This document shows positions 35,683 to 45,975 of a stretch of DNA of 57,005 bases, one piece after another (position 1 is the first letter of the stretch; each line of letters begins with the position of its first letter). Made by a program: the position numbers and the translations under genes. The notes beneath the pieces were generated by a model. That model worked only from the letters and a program-made list of their open reading frames with translations, did no database searches and was not told the DNA's origin. The DNA is from a virus (lineage: Duplodnaviria > Caudoviricetes): positions 1 to 57,005 of the IMG/VR virus record IMGVR_UViG_3300025667_000005; one strand, 5' to 3'.

Positions 35683-36847
35683 GTCCCCTCCTTAATGTTG
35701 TTCTCCATTTACCGTTGTCCAGTCTAGGGTTGGGCGCTATTTCGTAAGCGTCTAAAGAGGATTGTCCATAGTATACCTTGCCTGTGTTGCTTCTACCTAG
35801 CCCAAACTCGGTAATGAAATGCCCACGATTAAACTTCATGTCCATAGAGCGCACTAACCATAGTCCGTCAAAGTCACCATTGAACCCCTCTATGTTGACA
35901 GCACTTCCGGGCATAACTCCAGCGACACCAGAGGTGGTGGTGGTCGCTACAAAGGCATCCTCGTAGGCTCTGGTTGCTCGTAGTCGTCTCTGAGCGTCTT
36001 CTAACGAGCGTGCTTCCATAGGGAGAGCATTAGTTATCTCTGTCTCTAGGGCTTCTCCATACTTGGAGGATCCCATGAGGTTTTCTGTTTTCGCCTTTAA
36101 TAACATCCCGTTATCATCAAGTATAGCGATACTCTCAGCACTGGCAGACCCATAAGCGTGTGATGTACCAAAGGTGCCGTCAAACTCCATGATCCTACCG
36201 GGCATTGTGGAGGACTTTTCTTTTGTCTCAATGGTAGTGAGGTTCGCTGATGGAGCACCATAACGTATTGGGTGCACGGGGTCCCACACGTGTATCTCTG
36301 TACCGTGAACGTTTACTGCCAGACCAGACTGGGCGCATGCTCGTGTGAGGGCTTCCCAATCTGACATGTTTCGTTGCACCATGCGTGGTAGCACAGGGGA
36401 AGAGTCTGGGCAAGAGTAAGAGAAGTTATATATACGAGAGAACTCTTCTACCATTCCCTTGACCTTGAAGTCATTCCACACACGGTTTGTCTTTCCCCGC
36501 ATACGAGAACTAGCGCCCAAGCAATATAGGTGCGCTTCTTGGAACAGGCTACGGTTAGCCTTACCACTAGACACCTTGTGCGTAGGGTTAACATGGTTGA
36601 CGTACCCACAGAAAGTGAATCCCTCTCCGTAGGGTACCTTTACAGTGACCTTAATTGGGCGGTCTACATAGTCAGTAATCGCTAGAGGAGAGATACCCAT
36701 TAACACGAGGGTGACAAGGTCATGCTCGTTCTCTCGTAGGCTCACTTCTACTTTAGCGATACTACTGTAGTCTACCCCAACACCGTCAATGGATACGTCA
36801 ACAGAGTGCTTTGGTGCTGATGTCTGGGTGGTAGTGACAACGGTCAT
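35663..36847 (-). CDS. baseplate hub protein (gpD/gp27-like)
   Basis: FCGYV, Q..MSDWE.L, PG..V.I.G....DGLWLV; between LysM protein and spike. Confidence 0.85.
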   Translation of the reverse strand: MTVVTTTQTSAPKHSVDVSIDGVGVDYSSIAKVEVSLRENEHDLVTLVLMGISPLAITDYVDRPIKVTVKVPYGEGFTFCGYVNHVNPTHKVSSGKANRSLFQEAHLYCLGASSRMRGKTNRVWNDFKVKGMVEEFSRIYNFSYSCPDSSPVLPRMVQRNMSDWEALTRACAQSGLAVNVHGTEIHVWDPVHPIRYGAPSANLTTIETKEKSSTMPGRIMEFDGTFGTSHAYGSASAESIAILDDNGMLLKAKTENLMGSSKYGEALETEITNALPMEARSLEDAQRRLRATRAYEDAFVATTTTSGVAGVMPGSAVNIEGFNGDFDGLWLVRSMDMKFNRGHFITEFGLGRSNTGKVYYGQSSLDAYEIAPNPRLDNGKWRTTLRRGHVYSTN

Positions 36848-36849
36848 AT

Positions 36850-37101
36850 CTAAACCTTAGGCACACGCAGTCGGGTGCCCATAGGAATAGAATCAGGGAA
36901 CGCTATCTGTGGATTGAGGTCCGCAATTCGCCAGTACAGTTTAGGGTCACCGAGGTGGAGAGCAGCAAGTGTCTGCATGGTCTGTCCCTCTTTAGTGACT
37001 ACCGATAGTACTCGTGTGCTCTCTTTTACTTTTCGCTGGGTAACAGACACCCCACTGTTGTCAGTGCTCCGCTTGTACCGTGATGAGGATGATAGTGTCA
37101 T
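36850..37101 (-). CDS. LysM/gpX-like baseplate protein
   Basis: LAALHLGDPKLYWRIADLNP...GTRLRVP. Confidence 0.88.
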   Translation of the reverse strand: MTLSSSSRYKRSTDNSGVSVTQRKVKESTRVLSVVTKEGQTMQTLAALHLGDPKLYWRIADLNPQIAFPDSIPMGTRLRVPKV

Positions 37102-39212
37102 TAGTCTTTACCTATCGGAGTTATTCTGGTATAAGGCAGGGTTACTCCAACATCAGTTAACTGGCCAGTGGGGTACCCAAAGAATGCGTGTCGTGGCCCG
37201 GCATCACCGCCGACGCTGGTTATCCATCGTGTACTGTCTCCCAGTACAGTAGTGTCATCTCCCACAATGGATGACGATCCATTGTCTCCAAGTAGTGGTA
37301 ACCCCCCAGCACCGTGTCCCCAACCTTCTTTAAATCCTCTAGATTGTGGAGTTTGTGCACCATACGTACTACACAAGGGTAAAACCTTAAGGGGGGAGCC
37401 ATCGTGTATGGTAGCCACCCCTCCCCCAGTTAACCCCTCCGTAGATGTTACACTTGTTTCATATATGATGCTGATTTGGTAATCTACACTAAACAAAAGG
37501 TCCTGTGCGGGATCTGTCTGGTGGTTAATTGTGAGGGTGGTTGGGTAGGGGGTTTTATTATTCGTATGAAAGAACCCTGCTCCAATGTTATAGATGAATC
37601 CAGAAGACGCCCCGGTATCTGTTCCTAATAGGTGATTATCACTAGTAAACAAACTAAAACGTCCTTGGTCGTCAAGGTCCCATTCGGTGGCTGCTGCCAC
37701 GGACATTACAGGGGGTGTTATGCTACTAGTGGTGTCTGGGTACCCTACATCCCCATACTTTCCAGAGCCTACCTCAAGAATGGGGAATGAGCGAGTGTAA
37801 AAGGTAGGGCCTGTTTGATAAGAAAACTCTGTTAGTGCTTGGCCATTTTCTTCTTCACTGTCGTTCTCTAACACGTCCACGCCTACCTTAAGTAGTGCTG
37901 TTCGTTGTTCTACTGACCAGTCCCCAAAGAACACGTCACTTTGTATGTACGACGAAAAGCCACCCTCATCACCGTCACTCACTAGTTTTAAGATATCTCC
38001 CAGAGTTGTGGTGTGTAGGCGTGCCCGAACAGAAAGACCCACCTTAGCGGTTGTGGCTAACTTACTGAGGTTTAGGTTGTTAGAGTCATCTCCCTCGTAA
38101 CGCTTTTCTATTTCTTCACCCAAAACGGAGTCAGTAGTGTGCGCCCCCACATATATGGAGGATCCCTCTGTCTCTACTCCCTCTAGGACACCTGAAGGAC
38201 TGACCAGAGCGTGGGTAGTTGAGTGACTTCTTAAACTTGGCAGGACAGTGGCTATACCGGAGAAGGGCATAGCGGCCCCTCCCTGCTCTGCGAGTGCATG
38301 TAAGCCAGAAGCCTCTGTGCCCTCTGGTGGTGGCTCTGCTTCTTCTACCTCATCTACTGCTTGTGTCTCAAGTTGTTGTGCCGTAATAAGGTTAGTGAAC
38401 ACTGTTTCTTTGCGGGCGAATCCGCTGTAGATAGCGTGCATGGCTACGTCCACAATGGCTACAGTGGGTGTCATTCGTGGTGAGAACTTCTGAAAAGATA
38501 CCGTCACATTACTGACATACCCATCAATCATGAAGGACTCTGAGAATACTGCTCGTATAGGGTTAGGTATTAGGAACGCTGAGTTATGGGCGTTAGCGGA
38601 TACTATGGTATCCCCAGATACTCTTTGGTAAGAGTTTTCATCATCATCATCTTCTTCTTCCGTTATAACCCCAATCTTTACTAGTTGTTTGTGTTGCATA
38701 TTAGAGAACTCAATCTGCTCTTCAGTTATACGTTGTCCAACAATACGGTCAAGTATATCTATGTCGTGAACTACCCCGACCCTGCCCGGATTCCATAAGT
38801 GCACCGTCACATCAGCGCTGTCCCTACCGAGGTTTGCGGGTCCAGCAGACAGGGTGGCGTCCTCTTCTAGAGAGTCTCGTCGGCTACTAGGGTTATTACG
38901 TCCTTCATAATCTGCTACCTCTGCCTCTCGGTTAAGGAGCATGGTCCAACCAAAGGTCATATCACCAATGGCGGGTTGGAGTAACTGTGAGGGCGCTTGG
39001 TTAATCCACAACTGTGTGTCCGTACGGGCAGACACGGACCTCGTGAGTTGGTTAGGGTTGAACTGGAAGTTCAGTTTTGCAGCGAGGTTACTAGTGTCCG
39101 TGTCAGCAGTACCAGAGAATACCTCATCTAGTAAACGTACGTACCCACGATGTATGTGTTTATCGGTGGGCACCTCACGAGGAAACTCAAAGTTATCGTT
39201 CTCAAATGCCAT
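37101..39212 (-). CDS. tail tube initiator-like protein with long C-terminal extension
   Basis: RGY...FQFNPxxL...F...F.IDGYV...V.F.KF...MTP; follows tape measure. Confidence 0.7.
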   Translation of the reverse strand: MAFENDNFEFPREVPTDKHIHRGYVRLLDEVFSGTADTDTSNLAAKLNFQFNPNQLTRSVSARTDTQLWINQAPSQLLQPAIGDMTFGWTMLLNREAEVADYEGRNNPSSRRDSLEEDATLSAGPANLGRDSADVTVHLWNPGRVGVVHDIDILDRIVGQRITEEQIEFSNMQHKQLVKIGVITEEEDDDDENSYQRVSGDTIVSANAHNSAFLIPNPIRAVFSESFMIDGYVSNVTVSFQKFSPRMTPTVAIVDVAMHAIYSGFARKETVFTNLITAQQLETQAVDEVEEAEPPPEGTEASGLHALAEQGGAAMPFSGIATVLPSLRSHSTTHALVSPSGVLEGVETEGSSIYVGAHTTDSVLGEEIEKRYEGDDSNNLNLSKLATTAKVGLSVRARLHTTTLGDILKLVSDGDEGGFSSYIQSDVFFGDWSVEQRTALLKVGVDVLENDSEEENGQALTEFSYQTGPTFYTRSFPILEVGSGKYGDVGYPDTTSSITPPVMSVAAATEWDLDDQGRFSLFTSDNHLLGTDTGASSGFIYNIGAGFFHTNNKTPYPTTLTINHQTDPAQDLLFSVDYQISIIYETSVTSTEGLTGGGVATIHDGSPLKVLPLCSTYGAQTPQSRGFKEGWGHGAGGLPLLGDNGSSSIVGDDTTVLGDSTRWITSVGGDAGPRHAFFGYPTGQLTDVGVTLPYTRITPIGKD

Positions 39213-41269
39213 TATGATCTCCTGAGAGACCGAACAGCCTCTGATGTTTCAAGTAAGTGTATAACACGACGAGCAACTTCGTCCGCATCGGATGCGTTTC
39301 CTGACCCGCTTATATTAATAGTGGGAGCGATAGTAACACTGCCACCGCCGCCTCCAAAGTCCAGTGGGTCCCCGATAGCGACACTGGCGGCGTTAGATGA
39401 CTGTATTGCTGATATGGCTTGGGACATGTTCATGCCCTTAGTGCGGAACAATGGGGAACTACTACTAGAGGACGTTCCCGATGACCTTGTCTTTGCGGAC
39501 CCCCCTGACCGTGATCGGGCGTCTGCGGAAGATGACGAGGATCGCCCGGCACCCACAGGACGTGACCCTTGGGGAAGGTCTCTCACGGTCTGTATGCCTG
39601 CGAGGGTTATATGCCAAGGCTCACCAATACGGTCACCATTAGCCAGACCGAACTTAGAGGCATTCTTACGTATCCAATCGTAAGCGGAAGATGGTCCAAT
39701 GTCGGCGGCGTACCCAAAGTTGTGTAGGGACCTACCGGGTGGGGCCACAGGGGCCATTCCTGCTTTTAACGTCCACCTCTTTCCCTCCCATTCGGTCTTG
39801 CCATTAGGGTCCTCTACCATGCGGTCACGGAATATCTCTTCTTGCCGTCCCACGTCACGCACACCACTAGAAAGTGTAAGTTGGTGACCGTCTGCCTCCG
39901 CTGCTGTGGCCATAGCCTTCAGGCTATGTCGGAAAGAAGCATTCATTCCCGGCTGTACCACATCCTCGGGGTCGCCAATGCCTTGAACCACACCGCCAAC
40001 ACCCATAAGGCCCACGCCCAGAGGGGTTCCAAACCCGGTAAGCGAAACGGCTGCTCCAGCACCCATTAACCCCATACCAAGGGCGCGCATCCAACTGTTG
40101 TTCATGAGTCCTGCCTGTGCTCCTATGGCCCCACTAGCCTTATCCTCTATTGCTGCCGATAGTCTAATGAGTGCTTGAGTGTTCTTTTCCATCTGTGCAT
40201 AGTTGTCTACTTGCCTGCGATAGAACTTCTCTTCTCGGTTGACTTCCTCCCCTCGGGTTCTCTCAAACTCAACGGCGTAGGCGTCATCAATACCCATTCG
40301 CTTTCGGTCCCCTGAAGAAGAAGGGTCATACATTCCCTTGCCCCCCTTCTTCTTGAACTCCACGTTCTGTTGGGCGTACTGGAGTATCATGTTGTGCATG
40401 TCTTCAGGTAGTCCAGCGCGAGATAGGTTGGCCCGAGTCATAGAGCCGGGCTGGAATGCCCCCTGAACCATCTCCTCGTTCGTCAGGCCCATCCTCTGCA
40501 CAGTTGTGCGTACAACGTCCATAGGGTCCTTGGCGACGCCTCCGGGGCCATACAGGCCCGCTCCTAGCATCATGGTCATAGTGTTAGATGAACCGGGCTG
40601 GGCGAGAGCATTAATCATGCGAGTGGCATCACCGGAACTGTAACCAAAACCGGAAGACACCCTAATGCCCTCAATACCCTTCTTCATGGATGCCGCATTA
40701 ATACCGGTGGTTGCTTGTAGGGCGAGCATGGGTTCAATAGCATCAGAGCCAAGTAACCCTCCAGTCAATGGTTGACGGAACCGTGACTGGTAATCAAGTT
40801 CTGAGCCACCGTACATCTGTCGGTAAAGCATCCCCGTCCGGTCAGCAGTGAGCATGTAAGGGGCAGCGCCCTTGAGACGGGCTGCCGTCCAGCCAACTGC
40901 ATTACCTGCTATCTGGGTTATAAAATCAAACTTATTAAGTTTCCCGTTGCCACCGATGTTGGCCTTTAGGGGCTGTATCGCTCCCTTTGTGGGATTCTGG
41001 CTCCCCCCACTTTGTCCGGGACCCATCCCACCGCCACTCTGAATGCCCCCAGCAGCAGCACTAAACTGTTTAGCCTTTTCAAGAGCGACAGTAATGTTTG
41101 AGGTGAACTTAGAGATCTGGTCGTTGAGTGCCGAGAACTCTCTGTTTAAGGACTGTAGTCCTTGGGCATCTGTCTTAAAGCGTGCTTTGACAGAAGCAAA
41201 GGCAGCGTCTGGACGGTCGGAACCACCCTGAGACCCAATGTTAGTGTCTTCTGCCTTTCCTTCTGCCAT
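39212..41269 (-). CDS. tape measure protein with C-terminal M15 peptidase domain
   Basis: Helical Gly/Ala/Met-rich body, TM segment, SGVR..Q...APPGRSLHNFGYAAD...EPWH. Confidence 0.85.
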   Translation of the reverse strand: MAEGKAEDTNIGSQGGSDRPDAAFASVKARFKTDAQGLQSLNREFSALNDQISKFTSNITVALEKAKQFSAAAGGIQSGGGMGPGQSGGSQNPTKGAIQPLKANIGGNGKLNKFDFITQIAGNAVGWTAARLKGAAPYMLTADRTGMLYRQMYGGSELDYQSRFRQPLTGGLLGSDAIEPMLALQATTGINAASMKKGIEGIRVSSGFGYSSGDATRMINALAQPGSSNTMTMMLGAGLYGPGGVAKDPMDVVRTTVQRMGLTNEEMVQGAFQPGSMTRANLSRAGLPEDMHNMILQYAQQNVEFKKKGGKGMYDPSSSGDRKRMGIDDAYAVEFERTRGEEVNREEKFYRRQVDNYAQMEKNTQALIRLSAAIEDKASGAIGAQAGLMNNSWMRALGMGLMGAGAAVSLTGFGTPLGVGLMGVGGVVQGIGDPEDVVQPGMNASFRHSLKAMATAAEADGHQLTLSSGVRDVGRQEEIFRDRMVEDPNGKTEWEGKRWTLKAGMAPVAPPGRSLHNFGYAADIGPSSAYDWIRKNASKFGLANGDRIGEPWHITLAGIQTVRDLPQGSRPVGAGRSSSSSADARSRSGGSAKTRSSGTSSSSSSPLFRTKGMNMSQAISAIQSSNAASVAIGDPLDFGGGGGSVTIAPTINISGSGNASDADEVARRVIHLLETSEAVRSLRRS

Positions 41270-41281
41270 GTCCACATTCCT

Positions 41282-41428
41282 TTAAGAGTTTCGCCACTTT
41301 GCCATTTCCGTCCAGAACGACCTTTGGCGTATGGTCATTGTACGGATGTCTTCTAGTGTGAAACCGGGATGTCCAGACGACACAGCGCTGTAATCCCAGT
41401 ACACGTTGTTTAAGTTAACCGAATAAAA
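41282..41428 (-). CDS. second part of tail assembly chaperone (frameshift extension or GTG-start small gene)
   Basis: +1 frame reads FYSVNLNNVYWDY...GFTLEDIRTMTIRQRSFW...RNS, a gpE'/gpT-like pattern, ending just before the TMP SD. Confidence 0.7.
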   Translation of the reverse strand, partial: FYSVNLNNVYWDYSAVSSGHPGFTLEDIRTMTIRQRSFWTEMAKWRNS

Positions 41429-42221
41429 GTGAGGCCCAATCCATGATCATAGTGATTGTTTCACTACAACTCGCGCACGAGGCTTCCACCTCCTCCAGTC
41501 TTGGGCCGGGCTGGTCTTCCAGAGCGGCAGTGACAATAGATTTGCGGTCTGCTACGGAAAGTTCCTTAGCCCACATGGTCTTAACAGCGTCAGAGCGGTC
41601 ATCGTCCCACACTACACAACGTGTAATGATAGTAGTACTCTGCTCTGCTGATGTGCTACCTGAGGAAGCAATAAGTTTAGCGTCTGCCCCGGTAGGGAAC
41701 TTGACCTTAACGTCCATACCATTACGCAAGGTCACCGTGCGTGGTACACGAGGATCATTCAATGGTTGTGTGACAGGGAAGTCCTCGTCCATGTTCACAC
41801 GCACGTCGTTAGCACTATGGCAAGATGGACACGAAACATTAAAGGTACGTACGTTTCCGTATGTGGCCTTGATGATGCCGAGGAACAGCATGTCTCGGTC
41901 CCCAATAATGAGGTTGTCCAAAATGGATGGGTCTGACTTAGTGGGCAGACTACCTATGGAGGTAACGGCTCGTGTAAGTAATGCTGTGGTGTACTCTGCG
42001 TATGAGATGTCTTCTTGTGTGGCGCTAAGACGAGCAAGTTCTTCCTCGTCAGCGCCGTTCATCTCACGAACAGTGGCAGTGGTGTGCCATTCTCCAGAGG
42101 TTGGGTCAACAACTCCACGAAGTAGTTCTACTTGCGTGGGTGCTGCCTTACCCATCTCGGGTGGTGGGGCTTGTATGGCATCAGCAATATCGTCACTGAC
42201 GCTCGCTAACTCAATACTCAT
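41415..42221 (-). CDS. tail assembly chaperone (T4 gp26-like, CxxC-containing)
   Basis: VREMNGADEE, L.IGDRD.L...I...TYG, CPSC, CASC; between tube and TMP. Confidence 0.8.
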   Translation of the reverse strand: MSIELASVSDDIADAIQAPPPEMGKAAPTQVELLRGVVDPTSGEWHTTATVREMNGADEEELARLSATQEDISYAEYTTALLTRAVTSIGSLPTKSDPSILDNLIIGDRDMLFLGIIKATYGNVRTFNVSCPSCHSANDVRVNMDEDFPVTQPLNDPRVPRTVTLRNGMDVKVKFPTGADAKLIASSGSTSAEQSTTIITRCVVWDDDRSDAVKTMWAKELSVADRKSIVTAALEDQPGPRLEEVEASCASCSETITMIMDWASLLFG

Positions 42222-42244
42222 TGTGTCTCCTTGTTATGTTATGC

Positions 42245-42856
42245 TTAAGATGCTTGTTCAGGGTCCCAGTCTACTGTAAACCCTTCGTGGTGCAGTTGTA
42301 GTTGCTGGATCATAATACCGTTATCACCAGCATTAAGGTCACTTATTGAGTAGGATCCGGGCCATGCGTTGTAGAGTGTGAACTCAAGACGCTTAGGAAG
42401 ATCATTACCAATAGAACCCGTGGCCGCAGTAGGGTCTTGATCATACGCATAGTTGTTGTTAGTAACAGGATGGTCATACACAGCCACAGTAACGTCGCAG
42501 CGATAATCTGTCCCAACGTCTCCACCGTCTCCATTTCCACCTGAACCGCCAATAATGCCCCCCTGCCATGCGTGTATGAACTGTTGCCAGTTGTACAGTT
42601 GCGCTTGGTCGGCAAACACGCCACGTGCCATTGACACTGGGGCGAAGTCTGATTGACCTACCATCTTGTGTGGGTGTGTATTCATACCACCCTCACGGTA
42701 AGGGATGACCTCGTTGGTTACAGCAATACCGGACATTTGGGCGAACCCAAGGTTCTGTATCCCACCCGCCAAGGTGTCTAATTCTTGGTCTATTGGTTGT
42801 ATAGTGACCCGGAACTTAAAGTTACGTAGTGGGTCTGTTCTTACTGAAGTTGTCAT
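42245..42856 (-). CDS. tail tube protein (T4 gp19-like)
   Basis: DPLRNFKF, GF..SG, YREGG, RG, LYNAWP, L.HEG. Confidence 0.93.
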   Translation of the reverse strand: MTTSVRTDPLRNFKFRVTIQPIDQELDTLAGGIQNLGFAQMSGIAVTNEVIPYREGGMNTHPHKMVGQSDFAPVSMARGVFADQAQLYNWQQFIHAWQGGIIGGSGGNGDGGDVGTDYRCDVTVAVYDHPVTNNNYAYDQDPTAATGSIGNDLPKRLEFTLYNAWPGSYSISDLNAGDNGIMIQQLQLHHEGFTVDWDPEQAS

Positions 42857-42868
42857 TTGAATCTCCTC

Positions 42869-44773
42869 CTAGAGAGTTTCTGCGGCGTTTGAGCCACCAG
42901 TCCATTGGCTTACATTAATGATCACGAACTCAGTTGGGTACTGTAACGCCAGACCAACTTCAACGTGAAGTTCGCCCTGAGCAACAGTGCTGCTTGAGTT
43001 ATTGGTTGTGTTGCAGGTAACAAAGAAGGCTTGAGCGGCAGTATTGCCTTTTAGCCCTCCCTGTGCCCACAACTTACGTAGTTCGTTTTCAACAACAGTT
43101 GTGACGGACTGACGAAGGTTTCCATCGTTCGGCTCAAATGCGGCGAAGGCAGTGATCGTCTTAAGACGTGCCTTGACATAGTTGAGTGTGCGACGAATAG
43201 GAATGAACTTGTCTGGTGAGGTTTTGGCGAGTGTACGAGCACCATTAATAATGGCACCAGTGCCGGGCACCAACCGAATAGGGTTGATACTGGCATCGTA
43301 TAGAGTACCCTCGTCTGCTTCAGTGTACGTACCAACTAGTCCATAGACATTAGCGAGGTCAAGGCTGAACCCTGCTGGGGCTTTCGCAACTGAGTGCATG
43401 CGTTCTGCCCGACCGTAGGCAGCAACAATAGCGCCACCTAATGGGGACGTACGTAGTGCGGCTGGGCCGGTCTTGGTAGGGTCCGCAGTGGTAGCGGCTG
43501 GGTAATAAACCGCTCCGTACCCGCTATTGCTGTACCCAGCAATTCGGGTGATAGCAGCGCTAGCAGTGGTGTCCGAAGAGTTGGGGTCAATAACAATGAA
43601 CCCGGTGCCACGTGCAGCAGCATAGGCCAGAGCGTAGTTGACCTCTGAGGCTCCCGATACTCCCGGAAGGTTAATGATCAGGTCACCAGTGACTTGGTCA
43701 AAGTATGTCAGGGCAGCATCATAATCGGCGGCGGCGACAGCGGTACCGTTACCACCACCAACAAGGGTGTACGTGCCAGCAGACACTGATGTGTTTGTGG
43801 CTTTAGTAGGAGACGCTACAGAGGACACTGTCAGGTAATCAGAGTAGGTGTCAATAAGGGTCTCTACGTACCGGTTATGTTCCGGGTCAATAGATACCTC
43901 TGACCAGCGTTCCTTCTCTGCGCCATTTAGTTTAACAAGCATGTTGAAGGTGCCATAGGACGAGGCGGTCGGTGTTTCAATACCAGCAGATACCTCAACG
44001 GTGAGTCCGTTGGCCCACTCGCCAGCGTTTTCAGCGGTGAGCAGGAAGAAGTTAGCGGAGGTACCTGTGCTGTTACCACGCACGTAACCTACGGCGTTCT
44101 CTGCTTGACCGGCGGTAGCACCCGATGCTAACGTGTAGGCTACGGTGCTAGTGAATGCTGTACTAATGGCGGTACCATTAACAGCGGTAGTTGTTACTTG
44201 AGCGCTCACTGTGATGTATTGGGAACCTGACACAGCATCATTTACCGCTGCGGTAGCAGAGGTGGAGGACGTGGTGTCTGAGAAGGTGAGTCCAACAAAG
44301 GTCTCTTTAGTCACACCCTTGTACTTTACGGTGAGGTCAATAATACCACCACCAGCAGCAGTACCAGTGTCGGGGTTACTATCACTCTTGATTACATCAA
44401 GGGTGATGTTGTCACCATCTACGCCCGCCAGTTTAGAGGTGGCCGTGAACAGGTCCTTGTTCCCACTATCATGAGTAAGAGCGAGGGTAGAGTCGGTGTT
44501 AACAGTAGTGCTAGAGGTGAGTACACGATTAACGTAGCACTCAACACCACCATTAGAGAAGTATTGGTAAATAGCGTACCCAAGTTCGTACGTGGAAACG
44601 ATGTCACCGAATACGCTGACAAAGGAGTTCCAAGAAGAAACGAGTACTGGTTTTCCGACCGGACCACGAGAGGCTTCGCCAACAAACGAAGCAGTGGTGC
44701 GACCGGGGCGGTTGGTTACAGTGGCCTTTAGTGGGGCCTCGTTGACGTAAACGCCGGGTCGTGAATAAGACAT
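42869..44773 (-). CDS. tail sheath protein
   Basis: RPGVYVNE, FVG...RGP, YFSNGG, KAPAG, INPIR, GART, FEPND, PTEFV. Confidence 0.95.
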   Translation of the reverse strand: MSYSRPGVYVNEAPLKATVTNRPGRTTASFVGEASRGPVGKPVLVSSWNSFVSVFGDIVSTYELGYAIYQYFSNGGVECYVNRVLTSSTTVNTDSTLALTHDSGNKDLFTATSKLAGVDGDNITLDVIKSDSNPDTGTAAGGGIIDLTVKYKGVTKETFVGLTFSDTTSSTSATAAVNDAVSGSQYITVSAQVTTTAVNGTAISTAFTSTVAYTLASGATAGQAENAVGYVRGNSTGTSANFFLLTAENAGEWANGLTVEVSAGIETPTASSYGTFNMLVKLNGAEKERWSEVSIDPEHNRYVETLIDTYSDYLTVSSVASPTKATNTSVSAGTYTLVGGGNGTAVAAADYDAALTYFDQVTGDLIINLPGVSGASEVNYALAYAAARGTGFIVIDPNSSDTTASAAITRIAGYSNSGYGAVYYPAATTADPTKTGPAALRTSPLGGAIVAAYGRAERMHSVAKAPAGFSLDLANVYGLVGTYTEADEGTLYDASINPIRLVPGTGAIINGARTLAKTSPDKFIPIRRTLNYVKARLKTITAFAAFEPNDGNLRQSVTTVVENELRKLWAQGGLKGNTAAQAFFVTCNTTNNSSSTVAQGELHVEVGLALQYPTEFVIINVSQWTGGSNAAETL

Positions 44774-44807
44774 AATTAATCCTTACAGTAGGTTACGGGT
44801 AGGAAAG

Positions 44808-45545
44808 TCACGAGAGGGTGTCCTCTGTGTCTTTATCTTTAAGTGTTATGGTGGCACCAGTAGAACCAACGGAACCGCTGACCTGAGAAAGGGCAACGAG
44901 GTTGGTGACTGGTATCTCTGATGTTACGGAGAATGTGTAGATCTTTCTGAAGATACGTTTCTTGAAACCTGCCTCTTCGTCAAGCAGATCAGCGCTCCTG
45001 AAGTCTACCAGATCCATGTGCCGGTGTGTGTCATCAGCAGGTATAGCCAAGTAACCTCGTCGGAACGGGGCGACCTTGGTCAGGATATGTGCTTGCAGGT
45101 AACGATCATGTAGAGCAGAGCGAGTGAATGTAGCGATCTGGTACATGAGGTTAACGGGAACATGCTCTAGAGCGCTTAGGAATGGGTCAGAGGAACCACC
45201 AGTATCAGCCGTCAGTGTGGTTACATCAGCGGTCTCGTTTGGCCAGTACGTGAAGGTATTAGCGGAACCCTCTGTACTGTAGTGACCAGTGGGCTGTCCA
45301 CTGGGCGCAGTACCCCGAAAGGCATAAATGATCTGGTCAGAGTGCTGCCGGTCTCGGGCATGGTTAATATCCAGCAACTCAATGGTGATGAACGGGTACT
45401 TCTTCTCTCGTTCCCCTTCGGGGTAGCGAAAGAACACCTGAACGTCACGAGTATTGTCACGGTCGTCTGTTAGTTGTATACCAGAGAACTTAGTCTTGAA
45501 TGCTTGGTCCTCAGCGAGGAGGAAGCCAGTTCGGTTAGTTGGCAT
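44808..45545 (-). CDS. tail terminator / completion protein
   Basis: YPFITI..D, PVNLMYQI; directly upstream of sheath. Confidence 0.7.
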   Translation of the reverse strand: MPTNRTGFLLAEDQAFKTKFSGIQLTDDRDNTRDVQVFFRYPEGEREKKYPFITIELLDINHARDRQHSDQIIYAFRGTAPSGQPTGHYSTEGSANTFTYWPNETADVTTLTADTGGSSDPFLSALEHVPVNLMYQIATFTRSALHDRYLQAHILTKVAPFRRGYLAIPADDTHRHMDLVDFRSADLLDEEAGFKKRIFRKIYTFSVTSEIPVTNLVALSQVSGSVGSTGATITLKDKDTEDTLS

Positions 45546-45975
45546 CTTCTACCACAACCTCTCCCAGTTGGCGTCTGACACTATTACTAATACTGTCATT
45601 CACACCAGAGGGCTTGTCCACGTTCATCACGGCTTTACGAACAAATGCTTGTGGTGGGTGGTTCACATCACCAAACTCCAAGGCGTCAGCAAGTGCACGC
45701 AGGCGAACTGGGAGATCCCACATACCGAACTCAAGGTCACCGCCATCGGTCTGCCACACATCATAGTACTCAGACAGTTCTGAGTACTCCTCATTCTTTT
45801 TAAGGAACTCGCGGTACTCTTTTACGTGTGACTCAAGGGCTTTGTTAACAGACTCACTAATCATCTGTGGCATTAAAGCGTTGAGTAGGTGAGCGTAAGA
45901 AACCGCTGAAGGTATACCTGAAATGAGTCCACCAGATTCCGCTGGGGCATCATCAGTGATAGGCATTGTAGCCAT
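45535..45975 (-). CDS. neck protein (putative)
   Basis: LEFG....PP..FVR motif; position in neck cluster. Confidence 0.55.
   Translation of the reverse strand: MATMPITDDAPAESGGLISGIPSAVSYAHLLNALMPQMISESVNKALESHVKEYREFLKKNEEYSELSEYYDVWQTDGGDLEFGMWDLPVRLRALADALEFGDVNHPPQAFVRKAVMNVDKPSGVNDSISNSVRRQLGEVVVEDAN

Noticed and set aside
41443-42279. Long plus-strand ORFs (also 26866-27525, 50569-51210 and many shorter ones)
   Set aside because: Antisense shadows of well-supported minus-strand genes; Ser-rich, with no motifs or start signals
28546-44773. Extracellular contractile injection system or tailocin
   Set aside because: Portal, scaffold, capsid, neck and replication genes show this is a phage
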